A stretch of 64,000 bases of DNA from Paracoccaceae bacterium (GTDB lineage: Bacteria > Pseudomonadota > Alphaproteobacteria > Rhodobacterales > Rhodobacteraceae), in assembly GCA_958296035.1 (NCBI GenBank), contig OY282431.1, forward strand, positions 2,214,037-2,278,036, given 5' to 3'. Position 1 is the first letter of the stretch; each line of letters opens with the position of its first letter. A model generated the notes under the pieces. That model had not been told where the DNA came from, did not search any database, and saw nothing but the letters and a program-made list of their open reading frames with translations. The position numbers and the translations under genes were made by a program. This document shows, in pieces, positions 53,678-63,266 of the stretch.

Positions 53678-54176
53678 GAGCACCTGTTTGGCACTCCACG
53701 AAGAATCCGAGGCTTCCCCGCCGCGCACAACGCGCATTGCGACGCGGGTCGCCTCCCTGTTCCTTGCCTGCGCGGTTTTCCTGATGGCCGCGCAGGTAAT
53801 CCTGCGGTTCGGGTTCAATCGTCCTCAGGCGTGGGCAGAGGAAGTCGACCGCTATTTGTTCATTTGGTCAGTTTATCTCGGTGCGCTCGTCGCGCTCCAA
53901 CGCGGTTCCCACATTCGTGTCACTTTTGTCATTGACAAAATGGGGCCTTCAGGGGCGGCAATCTCGAAATGGCTGACAAGGATCACCGCATTCGGTGCCT
54001 TCGCGTTCACCGCCTGGCATGGGTACGGACTCGTCCTCGTCAATCTCGAATCCGAATTCTACACCATACCAGGCATGCCGCAGGTGTTCTTCTATTTCGC
54101 CGCTCCAGTTGGCCTGACGCTGATGTGTCTTGCGCTGATCGCGGAAAGCATCGAAGATCTCATGACTGGGCGCTGA
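53664..54176 (+). CDS. TRAP transporter small permease (DctQ family)
   Basis: About 170 aa with four TM helices and a WAEEVDRYLFIWSVYLGA block. The TTG start is uncertain. Confidence 0.75.
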   Translation: MQPAKSTCLALHEESEASPPRTTRIATRVASLFLACAVFLMAAQVILRFGFNRPQAWAEEVDRYLFIWSVYLGALVALQRGSHIRVTFVIDKMGPSGAAISKWLTRITAFGAFAFTAWHGYGLVLVNLESEFYTIPGMPQVFFYFAAPVGLTLMCLALIAESIEDLMTGR

Positions 54177-54180
54177 CCAG

Positions 54181-55470
54181 ATGGCGATCGCACTATTGCT
54201 TGGTGTTTTCGCTGTTGCGCTGGTGCTCGGCATTCCGGTCGCAGTTGCAATGCTCTTGGCAAGCATTCTGAACGTACTGTATCTGCAAGCGACGGGATTG
54301 CCGCTCCCATCGGTGATCGTGTCCGAACGAATGCTCTCGTCGATCAATTCCTTCCCGCTTCTTGCAGTACCATTCTTTATCTTCGCGGGCGTGATCATGA
54401 ACCGGGCGGGACTGACCGCCCAGCTCGTCAATGTCTCGCGCGCCTTCGTTGGACATTTTCGTGGCGGCACAGCGCAATGCAACGTGCTCGCCTCAATTTT
54501 TTTCTCGGGTATATCTGGATCGGCGTCGGCGGACGCGGCAGCGATCGGCTCAATGCTGATCCCATCAATGAAGCGCGAGGGGTATCCCCCTGGGTTCGCC
54601 GTTGGCATCACTGCTGCCTCCGCTACCGTCGGGCCAATCATTCCGCCTTCGATCGTAATGATCATTTACGGGACCATGACCAACCTTTCGATTGGCGCGC
54701 TGTTTCTTGCCGGAATCATTCCAGGCTTGCTGATTGGCATCGCCCTTATGGTGACTGTGGCGCTGATGTCCCGCGCGCGCTGCTTTCCTCGCCTCCCGAG
54801 GACACCTTGGCGAGAACGTGCCTGTGTCTGTTGGCGCGCGCTGCCAGCGCTCTTCGCGCCTCTGATCATTCTAGGTGGGATCATCTCGGGTCTATACACG
54901 GCGACCGAGGCAGGCGTGATCGCCTGCGTCTACGGACTTGCTATTGGCCTCCTCGTCTATGGCGAGATGGGGTTTCGCGATATTCCTTCTCTGCTCGCCG
55001 AGGCCGTTGAGACAACCGCCATCCCGGTATTCATCCTCGCCGCCGCATCAATCTTTGGCTGGCTATTGACATTTCATGGTTTCGGACGTCTGGTAGTGGG
55101 CGTGTTCGAGGATTTGTCCCTGCCGCCGACCGGGATGCTTCTTGCACTTGTCGTGATGCTGCTGGTGATCGGACTCTTTCTCGAAGGGCTGGCGGCACTG
55201 ATAATCTTCGTCCCGGTGTTTATGCCACTGATTCCCGCCTTCGGATTCGATCCACTGCATTTCGCGCTAATTATTATTGTGACGATCCTGATCGGCACGG
55301 TTACGCCACCGGTCGGTCTGCAGCTTTATATCGCCTCCGCGATCGGCGGAACCAAGCTGCAGGAAGTCGTGATCTGGCCGTTTGTCTTCTCAATGATAAC
55401 GGTCGTATTTCTGATGGTGTTGTTACCAAGCCTTACGACTTTTCTACCCCGACTTTTCGGGCTTTCCTGA
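54181..55470 (+). CDS. TRAP transporter large permease (DctM family)
   Basis: 429-aa polytopic protein immediately after the DctQ-like gene. Confidence 0.9.
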   Translation: MAIALLLGVFAVALVLGIPVAVAMLLASILNVLYLQATGLPLPSVIVSERMLSSINSFPLLAVPFFIFAGVIMNRAGLTAQLVNVSRAFVGHFRGGTAQCNVLASIFFSGISGSASADAAAIGSMLIPSMKREGYPPGFAVGITAASATVGPIIPPSIVMIIYGTMTNLSIGALFLAGIIPGLLIGIALMVTVALMSRARCFPRLPRTPWRERACVCWRALPALFAPLIILGGIISGLYTATEAGVIACVYGLAIGLLVYGEMGFRDIPSLLAEAVETTAIPVFILAAASIFGWLLTFHGFGRLVVGVFEDLSLPPTGMLLALVVMLLVIGLFLEGLAALIIFVPVFMPLIPAFGFDPLHFALIIIVTILIGTVTPPVGLQLYIASAIGGTKLQEVVIWPFVFSMITVVFLMVLLPSLTTFLPRLFGLS

Positions 55471-56428
55471 GTGCCAGTTCCTGGAGGCCCAGGGACGCAT
55501 GCTGTCGATCAATGTTTCGAATGTGACCCCCTTTTCAGAGGCCTGGTTGCTCTGTCCAGTGTTCCTCTGGCTGCCTTTTGTTATACTGGAGACTAACCTG
55601 GAAAGGAATTATGGCATTAATTCGTTGTTCCGGTAGTCCTTTGTTGCGCGCTGTGTCAGAAGTTGTCAGGTTGCCATGGAGGGGTCTTCAGACAGGCAAT
55701 TGGGGCCTGTCCGGAGGGGCATGTATGCGGTTGTGCTGGTGTGTTTGGCGGTTCGCGGGGCAGCAGCGGCCGGCAGGCCATGCCATTAGGGCAGTGTGAC
55801 GACTACGCCTTGTTGTGGCCTTGCCTGCGGACGTCGTTCCGGTCCTTGCCGGAATCGGGCTTGTCGAACAGTCCACCGGAGCCTTGAGATTATGCCGAGT
55901 TGCCCGGTCGCCGAAGGACAAGTGAGTGGTACTGGCTTGTTGTTCTCAGGATTGTGTCATGAGCAGGAGGCCAGATTTCCCGGTTAACTCCATTACCGAT
56001 CTTAACGGAGGTGCAATCAGGCGTGCCAAAGTGTCGATCGTTCCGACAGGAGAATTGATCCTGTGGCAACATGATCTCCGTGTCCAGACAAGTCGGTAAG
56101 AATTGAACTGTTTCATTCGTTTCACCTGCAGGTTTAGCCTGTTACTTCCTGTCGCTTAACCGGTGAAACGCCTATAGATAATCATGTACGAAGCACCCGA
56201 AGGCGTTTCCACGGGATCGGTCTTGTACCGGAGCTAGTGTTGAAGTCTATATTGCTTCGGTGCCCGTAGCCGAGAACATCAGGAGACAGCAGAAGAGAGC
56301 TATGGTGGATGTGTTCATGGGAGGGATCCTCATTGTGTTCAACAACAACCCATAGAATTCAGACTTTTGGGTGAAAGGGAATCCCACCTACCCAAAATCG
56401 GCCCCTCTAATCCAGAATCGGGGTTACA

Positions 56429-59400
56429 TTGGTCACCGTACAGCGCGACTATCCACTGAAGGTTCACCGAGACGGTTTCCATTGTTGTCTGGCCATTTTC
56501 CTGCTGTTAAGCGCAGTTATCTCCCTGTTTGCGGCTGCACCAGCTTTCGCTGGCCCGTATGTCAACAACTTTGGTCAAAAGCTGGATGGTGCCGCCGGCT
56601 TCGACGGGGCCGTGTACGCTCAGGGATTCACAACGGGAGGAAACACGGACGGATACGCGTTGACAAGCATCCAAGCCAGACTGCAAGTCCGCCGTAGCCT
56701 TACTTCTGATGAGGTAGCAACGATCAGAGCAGAACTGTGGTCATCTGACTCCTTTGGGCGACCAAGTTCGAAAATCGCAAGCTTGAATGTGCCGTCGAGA
56801 TTTGCCGCAACGGGGACCAGCGGGAAAAAGTATGTATTCGCGGCACCTTCGAACACATCGCTCCAAGCAAACACCACATACTTCATAGTCCTCTATACAA
56901 CCGGCGACCTTGAGGTTCTAAGTGCAAAGTTCACACAGACCGGACTTGAGGAAGACGGGGCAGCAGCCGGTTGGTCAATTGCAGACAGTGTTTACTGGTT
57001 CCGGACAAACTTGCCTTCCAGACGGTGGGACACTCGTCATTATGAAATGCAAATTGGCGTCGTCGGTCCGTTGTCTTCCAACAACAATCTGAGTGACCTG
57101 TCAGTGTCGACGAGCACCGCGCGGGACGGGACGTTTTCGCCACTGACACTGACGCCTGCGACCTTCGACAAGGAGACTACCACCTACACGGCAAGTGTGA
57201 TCAACTCGGTAACCCATGCCAAGGTTACACCGACCCTGGAGGAAGCCGACAAGGCAACGGTGCAGGTGGGGAAAGGAACAGATCTGTCCGCGGTACAAAG
57301 CGGCATGGCCAGCAACGCCATTGCGCTGGATGTTGGCAAGAATGCCATCAATGTCGAGGTTGAGGCCGAGGACGGTAGCAAGAAGACCTACACGGTCACG
57401 ATTCTTCGGCATCCCGCGCCACCCGCTGTGACAGTAACGCCTGGAGCGGCCGACGGAAAGCCAACGATCGCTGTTGCCTCTGGGACGATCCCGAATGGCT
57501 ACATCGCAAAGATCCAGATCAAGCTGAAATCAGCGGCTTGGCCCCAGCGCACCACCGCTCATTCGCTGCCGACTGGCGTCGAGGCGGGGATGTCCACAGC
57601 AGGCAAAATTGTATTCACCGGTTTCCAGCAGAAAACAGACTACGACGTACGGCAGCATCTGATTGTAGAAGATACCTCCGAAATCATTGCGGAATCTTCC
57701 GCAGCGAAGTCTACCACTACCTGGACCGTGCCGGGTGCGCCGACCAATGTGAATGCGACACCGGGCAATGCGCAGCTTGTAGTCTCGTGGAATGCTCCAA
57801 GCTTCACCGGTGGGACTGGTGCAACGATAACCGGTTTCAAGGTGCGCTGGCGGGAAAAGGACACAGACGCGAATACAGGAGGTGACCAGCCGGGAACGTG
57901 GAATCACGACGACGGCACGGACGCCTCAAGCACGACCGGCCACACAATTGCCAATCTCGAACTCGGCACGACATACGATGCCGAGGTGCGCGCACTCAAC
58001 GGCATCAATCCCGGCAGCGAATGGGCAGCAGTGGAAGGCACGTCGATGGGTACGGTTAGGCTTTCGGCGACGCCAAACCCGGTAGACGAAGGCGCATCGG
58101 TGACGGTGACGGTGACGCTTTCGGCCGCAACGCCGAGCACTGTTACGATTCCGCTTACGCTTACGGCTGGCTCGGCCGAAGCTGGCGACTACGGAACTCT
58201 GTCGAGCATCACCATCAGTTCGGGTGCAACGACCGGCACCGGAGACATATCCACGAACGAGGACGCTGACACCGAGGACGAAACCTTCACGGTGGCACTG
58301 GCGAGCAATCTGCCGGCAGGTGTAGTTGCCGGCAACCCGAACTCGGTGGAAATCACGGTTATGGACGATGACCTTTCCGTGGCGTTGTCTGCTTCGACGA
58401 CGGCTGTTACAGAAGGCGAGACCGTAACAGTGACGGCAACGCTTTCGGCAGCAACGCCGAGCACTGTTGCGATTCCGCTTACGCTTACTGCTGGTTCTGC
58501 CGAGGCCGGCGACTACGGAGCGCTGGCCAGCATCACCATCAGTTCGGGTTCAACAACCGGCACGGGAACCATTTCAGCGAACGAGGATGTTGATACCGAG
58601 GACGAAACCTTCACGGTGGCGCTGGGGAGCAATCTTCCGGAAGATGTAGTCGCCGGCAACCCGAACTCGGTTGAGATTGCCATCATCGACAACGATACAA
58701 ACATACCGACGGTGCGCCTCTCGGCTACACCCAACCCGGTTCCCGAAGGCGAAACGGTTACGGTTACAGCAACGCTCTCGGCAGCATTGGCAATTGACGT
58801 GACAATTCCGCTCATATTGACAGCGGGCTCGGCCGAGAATGAAGACTACGGCGCTCTGTCGAGCATCACCATCAGTTCGGGTGCAACGACCGGAACCGGA
58901 GACATATCCACGAGTAAGGACGCTGACACCGAGGACGAAACCTTCACAGTGGCACTGGGAATGAATTTGCCGGCCGCTGTAGTTGCCGGCAACCCGACTT
59001 CTGTGGACATCACGGTTAGCGACAACGATCTATCCGTGTCGATAGAAGCTACGCCGACGAGTGTTTCCGAAGGCGAGTGGACAACTGTGACTGCAATGTT
59101 GTCTGAGCAAGCTGCGAAATCCATCAAGATTCCATTGACACAGATTGAGATCACGGCTGAGGTTGGCGACTTCGAAGTGTTGCCGAGCATTACGGTTGGC
59201 TCCGGCACAAGTAGCTCAACTGCCACCATACCTGCGATGCAGGACGACGACACCGACGACGAAACCTTCACGGTGGCACTAGCAAGCACTTTGCCCGACG
59301 GAATAATTGCCGGCAGTCCAAGCTCGGCCACAATCACTATCATTGATGATGATACTGTTGCCTCTGCGGTGCGTCTGTCGGCCTCTCCAAACCCGGTCGA

Positions 59401-60229
59401 TGAGGGAAAGGCCGTGACTGTTACGGCAACGCTCTCGGCCGCATTGGACAGCGCCGTGAAGATCCCCCTGAATCTGACTGCAGGCTCGGCCGAGGAAGGC
59501 GACTACGGGGCACTGGAAAGTATCTCCATCAATGCCGGTGCAACAAGTGGCACCGGCACTATCAAGACCAGCCAGGACGCCGACAGTGAGGACGAAACTT
59601 TTACGGTGGCACTGGGTAACAATCTGCCGACAGCCCTCTCTTTAGGCAACCCGAACTCGGTAGAGATCACGATTGCCGACATTGATGTTGACGTGTCGAT
59701 TTCGGCTGCTCCAAACCCGGTCGATGAGGGTGAGACCGTGACTGTTACAGCCACGCTCTCGGCCGCACTGGACCGTGCTGTGACGATTCCACTGAGACTG
59801 ACTGCCGGCTCGGCCGAGGAAGGCGACTACGGGATGCTGGAAAGCATCTCCATCAATGCCGGTGCAACAAGTGGCGCCGGCATGATCGAAACCAGCCAGG
59901 ATGACGACAGCGATGACGAAACCTTCACGGTGGCACTGGGGAGCAATCTGCCGGCTGGCATTATTGCCGGCAATTCGCAATCGATTGAAGTCATGATCAT
60001 CGACGATGACGAAGACATTCAGCCGCAGGCCTGGCTGGCGCGTTTCGGGCGCACGGTGGCCGGGCAAGCCGTGGACGCGGTGGAATCAAGACTTTCGCAG
60101 CCGCGGGCACCTGGTGGTCGAGCAATGCTGGCCGGTGAAGCACTGCCAAGCTGGCCCCCCCCGAGTCCGATGGAAGTGTGGAAGCTGAATCGGCAGACGC
60201 AGCCGATGACCGGTCGATGGTGGCACTGA
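56429..60229 (+). CDS. passenger part of a giant surface protein (cadherin-like beta-sandwich, FN3, 6 x Calx-beta); frame breaks near the 3' end
   Basis: TTG start plus signal peptide (...LFAAAPAFA). NNNLSDLSVS...KTYTVTI cadherin-like module. FN3-like PGAPTNVNATPGNAQLVVSWNAP. Six roughly 108-aa units with the Calx-beta signature (DYG....I..G.T.G...I....D.D.EDETF.V.L). Confidence 0.8.
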   Translation: MVTVQRDYPLKVHRDGFHCCLAIFLLLSAVISLFAAAPAFAGPYVNNFGQKLDGAAGFDGAVYAQGFTTGGNTDGYALTSIQARLQVRRSLTSDEVATIRAELWSSDSFGRPSSKIASLNVPSRFAATGTSGKKYVFAAPSNTSLQANTTYFIVLYTTGDLEVLSAKFTQTGLEEDGAAAGWSIADSVYWFRTNLPSRRWDTRHYEMQIGVVGPLSSNNNLSDLSVSTSTARDGTFSPLTLTPATFDKETTTYTASVINSVTHAKVTPTLEEADKATVQVGKGTDLSAVQSGMASNAIALDVGKNAINVEVEAEDGSKKTYTVTILRHPAPPAVTVTPGAADGKPTIAVASGTIPNGYIAKIQIKLKSAAWPQRTTAHSLPTGVEAGMSTAGKIVFTGFQQKTDYDVRQHLIVEDTSEIIAESSAAKSTTTWTVPGAPTNVNATPGNAQLVVSWNAPSFTGGTGATITGFKVRWREKDTDANTGGDQPGTWNHDDGTDASSTTGHTIANLELGTTYDAEVRALNGINPGSEWAAVEGTSMGTVRLSATPNPVDEGASVTVTVTLSAATPSTVTIPLTLTAGSAEAGDYGTLSSITISSGATTGTGDISTNEDADTEDETFTVALASNLPAGVVAGNPNSVEITVMDDDLSVALSASTTAVTEGETVTVTATLSAATPSTVAIPLTLTAGSAEAGDYGALASITISSGSTTGTGTISANEDVDTEDETFTVALGSNLPEDVVAGNPNSVEIAIIDNDTNIPTVRLSATPNPVPEGETVTVTATLSAALAIDVTIPLILTAGSAENEDYGALSSITISSGATTGTGDISTSKDADTEDETFTVALGMNLPAAVVAGNPTSVDITVSDNDLSVSIEATPTSVSEGEWTTVTAMLSEQAAKSIKIPLTQIEITAEVGDFEVLPSITVGSGTSSSTATIPAMQDDDTDDETFTVALASTLPDGIIAGSPSSATITIIDDDTVASAVRLSASPNPVDEGKAVTVTATLSAALDSAVKIPLNLTAGSAEEGDYGALESISINAGATSGTGTIKTSQDADSEDETFTVALGNNLPTALSLGNPNSVEITIADIDVDVSISAAPNPVDEGETVTVTATLSAALDRAVTIPLRLTAGSAEEGDYGMLESISINAGATSGAGMIETSQDDDSDDETFTVALGSNLPAGIIAGNSQSIEVMIIDDDEDIQPQAWLARFGRTVAGQAVDAVESRLSQPRAPGGRAMLAGEALPSWPPPSPMEVWKLNRQTQPMTGRWWH
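58055..60013 (+). repeat. six tandem roughly 325-nt coding repeats (Calx-beta units)
   Basis: Long near-identical DNA stretches between units, for example 58120-58200 versus 58440-58520. Confidence 0.85.
60155..60162 (+). other. C8 homopolymer at the frame junction of the autotransporter gene
   Basis: The upstream frame reads ...LPSWPPP. The downstream frame reads PPESDGSVEAES.... An indel of +1 or -2 C fuses the two ORFs. Confidence 0.85.
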
Positions 60230-61506
60230 GGGAGTGGATGTTGCGGGAAGACGGGGAGCCGATGCAATCACGGGCAGTGAGTTCGCACGATTTGCTGTCC
60301 GGGTCGTCGTTTGCGTTGACAGGTTCGACCGATGCGGGCAGATTGGCAACGATTTGGGGCCAGGGATTGCATGGCCGTTTTTCTGGTCGCGAGGGAGCGG
60401 TTACGCTGTATGGCGAGGTGACCACGGGCTTTCTTGGCTTTGACTGGACACCGGCGGCTGGAGAAGATGGCTGGATTGCGGGTCTGGCGATCGGTCGCAC
60501 GACTGGCACCGGCGGCTGGGATGACGGCAACGATGGCCAAACGAAAATCGCGGCGGAATTGACAGGTTTGTACCCATATGGTGGATTGCCCCTGAGCGAG
60601 AACCTGTCGGCCTGGATGATGGCCGGCTACGGCACAGGAACGGTGGCAGCAAAGCCCAATGATGGAGAATCCCGCTCTGCGGATTTGAACTTGGCCATGG
60701 GCGCTGTCGGACTGCGCGGCGAGGTCGTGCGTGATAACTTGAACGGCGGCGATCTGACGCTGGCTCTGACGACAGATGCACGTATGGTGCGTATCGCTTC
60801 ATCAAGGTCACCCGATGGCGGCATGCCGGCGACGGAAGCCACAGTTTGGCAGTTGCGAACAGGAATCGAGGGCAGCCGACGCTTTCTGGTTCGAAACGGT
60901 GACGCTACATTTACGCCGTCGCTGGAAATGGGAATGCACTGGGACGGCGGAGATGCCGAGCAGGGTCTCGGCGTCGAGATGGGCCTCGGCATGGCCTATT
61001 CTGACTTCGCATCGGGCCTGGGGATGGATATTCAAAGTCGGATTTTGCTGGCGCATACTGACCGCGACTATCGGGAATGGGGTGTTTCGGCAGGACTGGC
61101 ATACGACCCCGATCCGACGAGCAACCGTGGAGTGGTAATGTCGCTTCGACAGAGCCTCGGGGTGCATTCCGTCGGTGGAAGCGATGAGTTGCTTGGAGCC
61201 GGGACACTGGCAGGACTGGCAGCAGGCGATGTCGGAACAGGACAGACAGCGGTGGCCAGGCAGATTGAGGGTGAGGTCGGCTATGGGCTGCCTGCATTCG
61301 ACGGCGGCCTTACAGGCACGCCGAACTTCGGGTTTCGGACAGCGGACGGAGGAGAACAGGGGCTGCGGCTTGGTTGGCGGCTGACGCCAGCCGCGCCCGA
61401 CGATATCGGCTTCGAGTTGCAGCTTGATGCTACGCGGCACAAGTCTTTCGGCGGCTTGGAACCCGCCTTGCATGGCGTGATGCTGAGCATATCCTTCAAC
61501 TGGTAG
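60178..61506 (+). CDS. autotransporter beta-barrel (translocator) part, out of frame with the passenger
   Basis: 442 aa with an alternating beta-strand pattern, ending ...GVMLSISFNW*. The linker AWLARFGRTVAGQAVDAV lies at the end of the upstream ORF. Confidence 0.75.
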   Translation: MEAESADAADDRSMVALREWMLREDGEPMQSRAVSSHDLLSGSSFALTGSTDAGRLATIWGQGLHGRFSGREGAVTLYGEVTTGFLGFDWTPAAGEDGWIAGLAIGRTTGTGGWDDGNDGQTKIAAELTGLYPYGGLPLSENLSAWMMAGYGTGTVAAKPNDGESRSADLNLAMGAVGLRGEVVRDNLNGGDLTLALTTDARMVRIASSRSPDGGMPATEATVWQLRTGIEGSRRFLVRNGDATFTPSLEMGMHWDGGDAEQGLGVEMGLGMAYSDFASGLGMDIQSRILLAHTDRDYREWGVSAGLAYDPDPTSNRGVVMSLRQSLGVHSVGGSDELLGAGTLAGLAAGDVGTGQTAVARQIEGEVGYGLPAFDGGLTGTPNFGFRTADGGEQGLRLGWRLTPAAPDDIGFELQLDATRHKSFGGLEPALHGVMLSISFNW

Positions 61507-61906
61507 CGGATGCCACGCAATTCACGGCGTTCCAGAACTGCCAGCCAAGGGGCTCCCATGATCGAGCCTCAAGTTCGGTACAGAATTCGCTTCGCAATTG
61601 GCTTTCAACTGCAGTTTGGGAATCGCCGAAGCTGGACCATGCACGTGCTCAAGCCCGAATTATCAATTCTGGCCCTGTCTTGGACTTTCGGCTCGATTCC
61701 TCCAGAGACGATGGCAAATGGCCGGTTGGCTGGCGGTCGCACGCAGCCGGGTTGTCGAAGGACTGTGAAAACACCGTGGAGTGTTCGCTGGCATTGACAC
61801 AGCTGGTGGCGTGCCGATACCTGGTGCATCGGATTGCCCGCATGCTGCGTATGCTCAAAGAGATCAATGTTCTTGCGCGAGAGTGCGTGAAACAGACCAT
61901 CAGGGA

Positions 61907-62926
61907 TTAGGAGACCATTGACTCGGGCCCCTGGATGGTGTTCGAATTCCTTCGACCCTTCAACAACTGCCCAGGACCTGCCAAAACTTCATTGCCATGT
62001 CGGTGGACAAGCACACCATTGACAAACTCCATTCCAATGCCGTCGCAAGGCCGCTGCGGATGTTCGTATGTCGCACGGTCGACAATTGTTGCCGGGTCAA
62101 ACACCGCCAGGTCGGCTGCGTGTCCAACTCCAGTATCGTCCCGATCACGAAGGCCGAATACTTCGGCTGTCTTGCCGGTCATCCAGTGAATTGCGGTTTC
62201 GATCGAAAACAGTCCGAAATCGCGTGTGTACCTGCCTTTCACTCTCGGAAATGTCCCCCAGAGCCGAGGATGAGGATGAGCATCCTGAGGTACTCCATCC
62301 GAACCGATTATCGAATGATCCGAGGCCATGACCCTGCATACATCGTCTTCATGCACCTGGAAGTAGATCGCGCCCGCCGGCTTCAGCTTCCTCGCTGCCT
62401 CAAGTAACGAAAGACCCTAATCGGAAGTTATATCGGAGAGATCTCTGCCGAGTGCTTCTGGATGAGAATGAGACCGTGTCACCATTATTCGGAACTTGTC
62501 GGTTACAGGTTCTTCCCGCAGAATCGTCGAACCGGCTGCATATGGGTAGACATCAAAGTTGATAGGATGGCTTTCCTTCAGCATTCCTATCAATCCGATT
62601 GTCTCGCACGTGCGTCCCCACTTATCGACATTGGCGCATTTGTGGTGTGAAATCAGCAACGGCAGGCGCTCTGCGCAGGCGGTTCTGCAGGCCTCCCCTA
62701 TGCTTTCCAGCATATTGTCCTCTTCGTCCCGCATATGCGTTGTGTAGATCCCTTGTCGCTCACCTATCGCAGCGCCAACGGCTGCAACCTCCTCCTCGGC
62801 GGTAGCTTCATTCGGCTGGTAGAACAGCCCGATTGAAAATCCGCTTGCGCCTTCCTCCATGCATTTGGCCGCCAGTCCCCGCATACACCGGAATTCTTCA
62901 CCATTGGCGGGACGCGAAACGGTCAT
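61907..62926 (-). pseudogene. D-aminoacylase (N-acyl-D-amino-acid deacylase, amidohydrolase family) remnant
   Basis: Two collinear in-frame ORFs separated by a single TAG (62417-62419). Blocks YTTHMRDEED, ISHHKC, DVYPYAAGST, IIGSDG...HPRLWGTFPR. About 150 N-terminal residues, including the HxH metal site, are absent. Confidence 0.75.
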
Positions 62927-63266
62927 CCATTACGGCGAGGCGCAGCGCTGAATGACCTTCCAGGGCTACCACGTTCACTGCAGGGCGAGCGCAACGCAAG
63001 GCATGCGCGTGGGCTTCCATGCTTTCAACCTGTCCAACGGTCATTCGCAATGCTGGCGGCAACCAATCAAGCTGGTCAGGAACACACGGAACTTCACATG
63101 ACTTGAAGTGCGCGGGTTTGTCGCCCCGTTAATTTCCGGATGGAATGCAGTCGGAGCGCCTGGGAATTACCTGTGGAGTTTCTCTAGGCTTCGTGGCTTG
63201 AATCAACTGGCCGGCTGAAGTCCGGATATCTGGTGAATCTTCATACAGCCGATCGGGCCTCCGGAA

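Noticed and set aside
55471-56428. About 960-nt gene-free gap before the autotransporter. It contains a 22-codon signal-peptide-like mini-ORF on the minus strand (about 56250-56320).
   Set aside because: There are no conserved motifs or structures I can support. The mini-ORF is too short to evaluate. The gap is probably a long regulatory or 5' UTR region.
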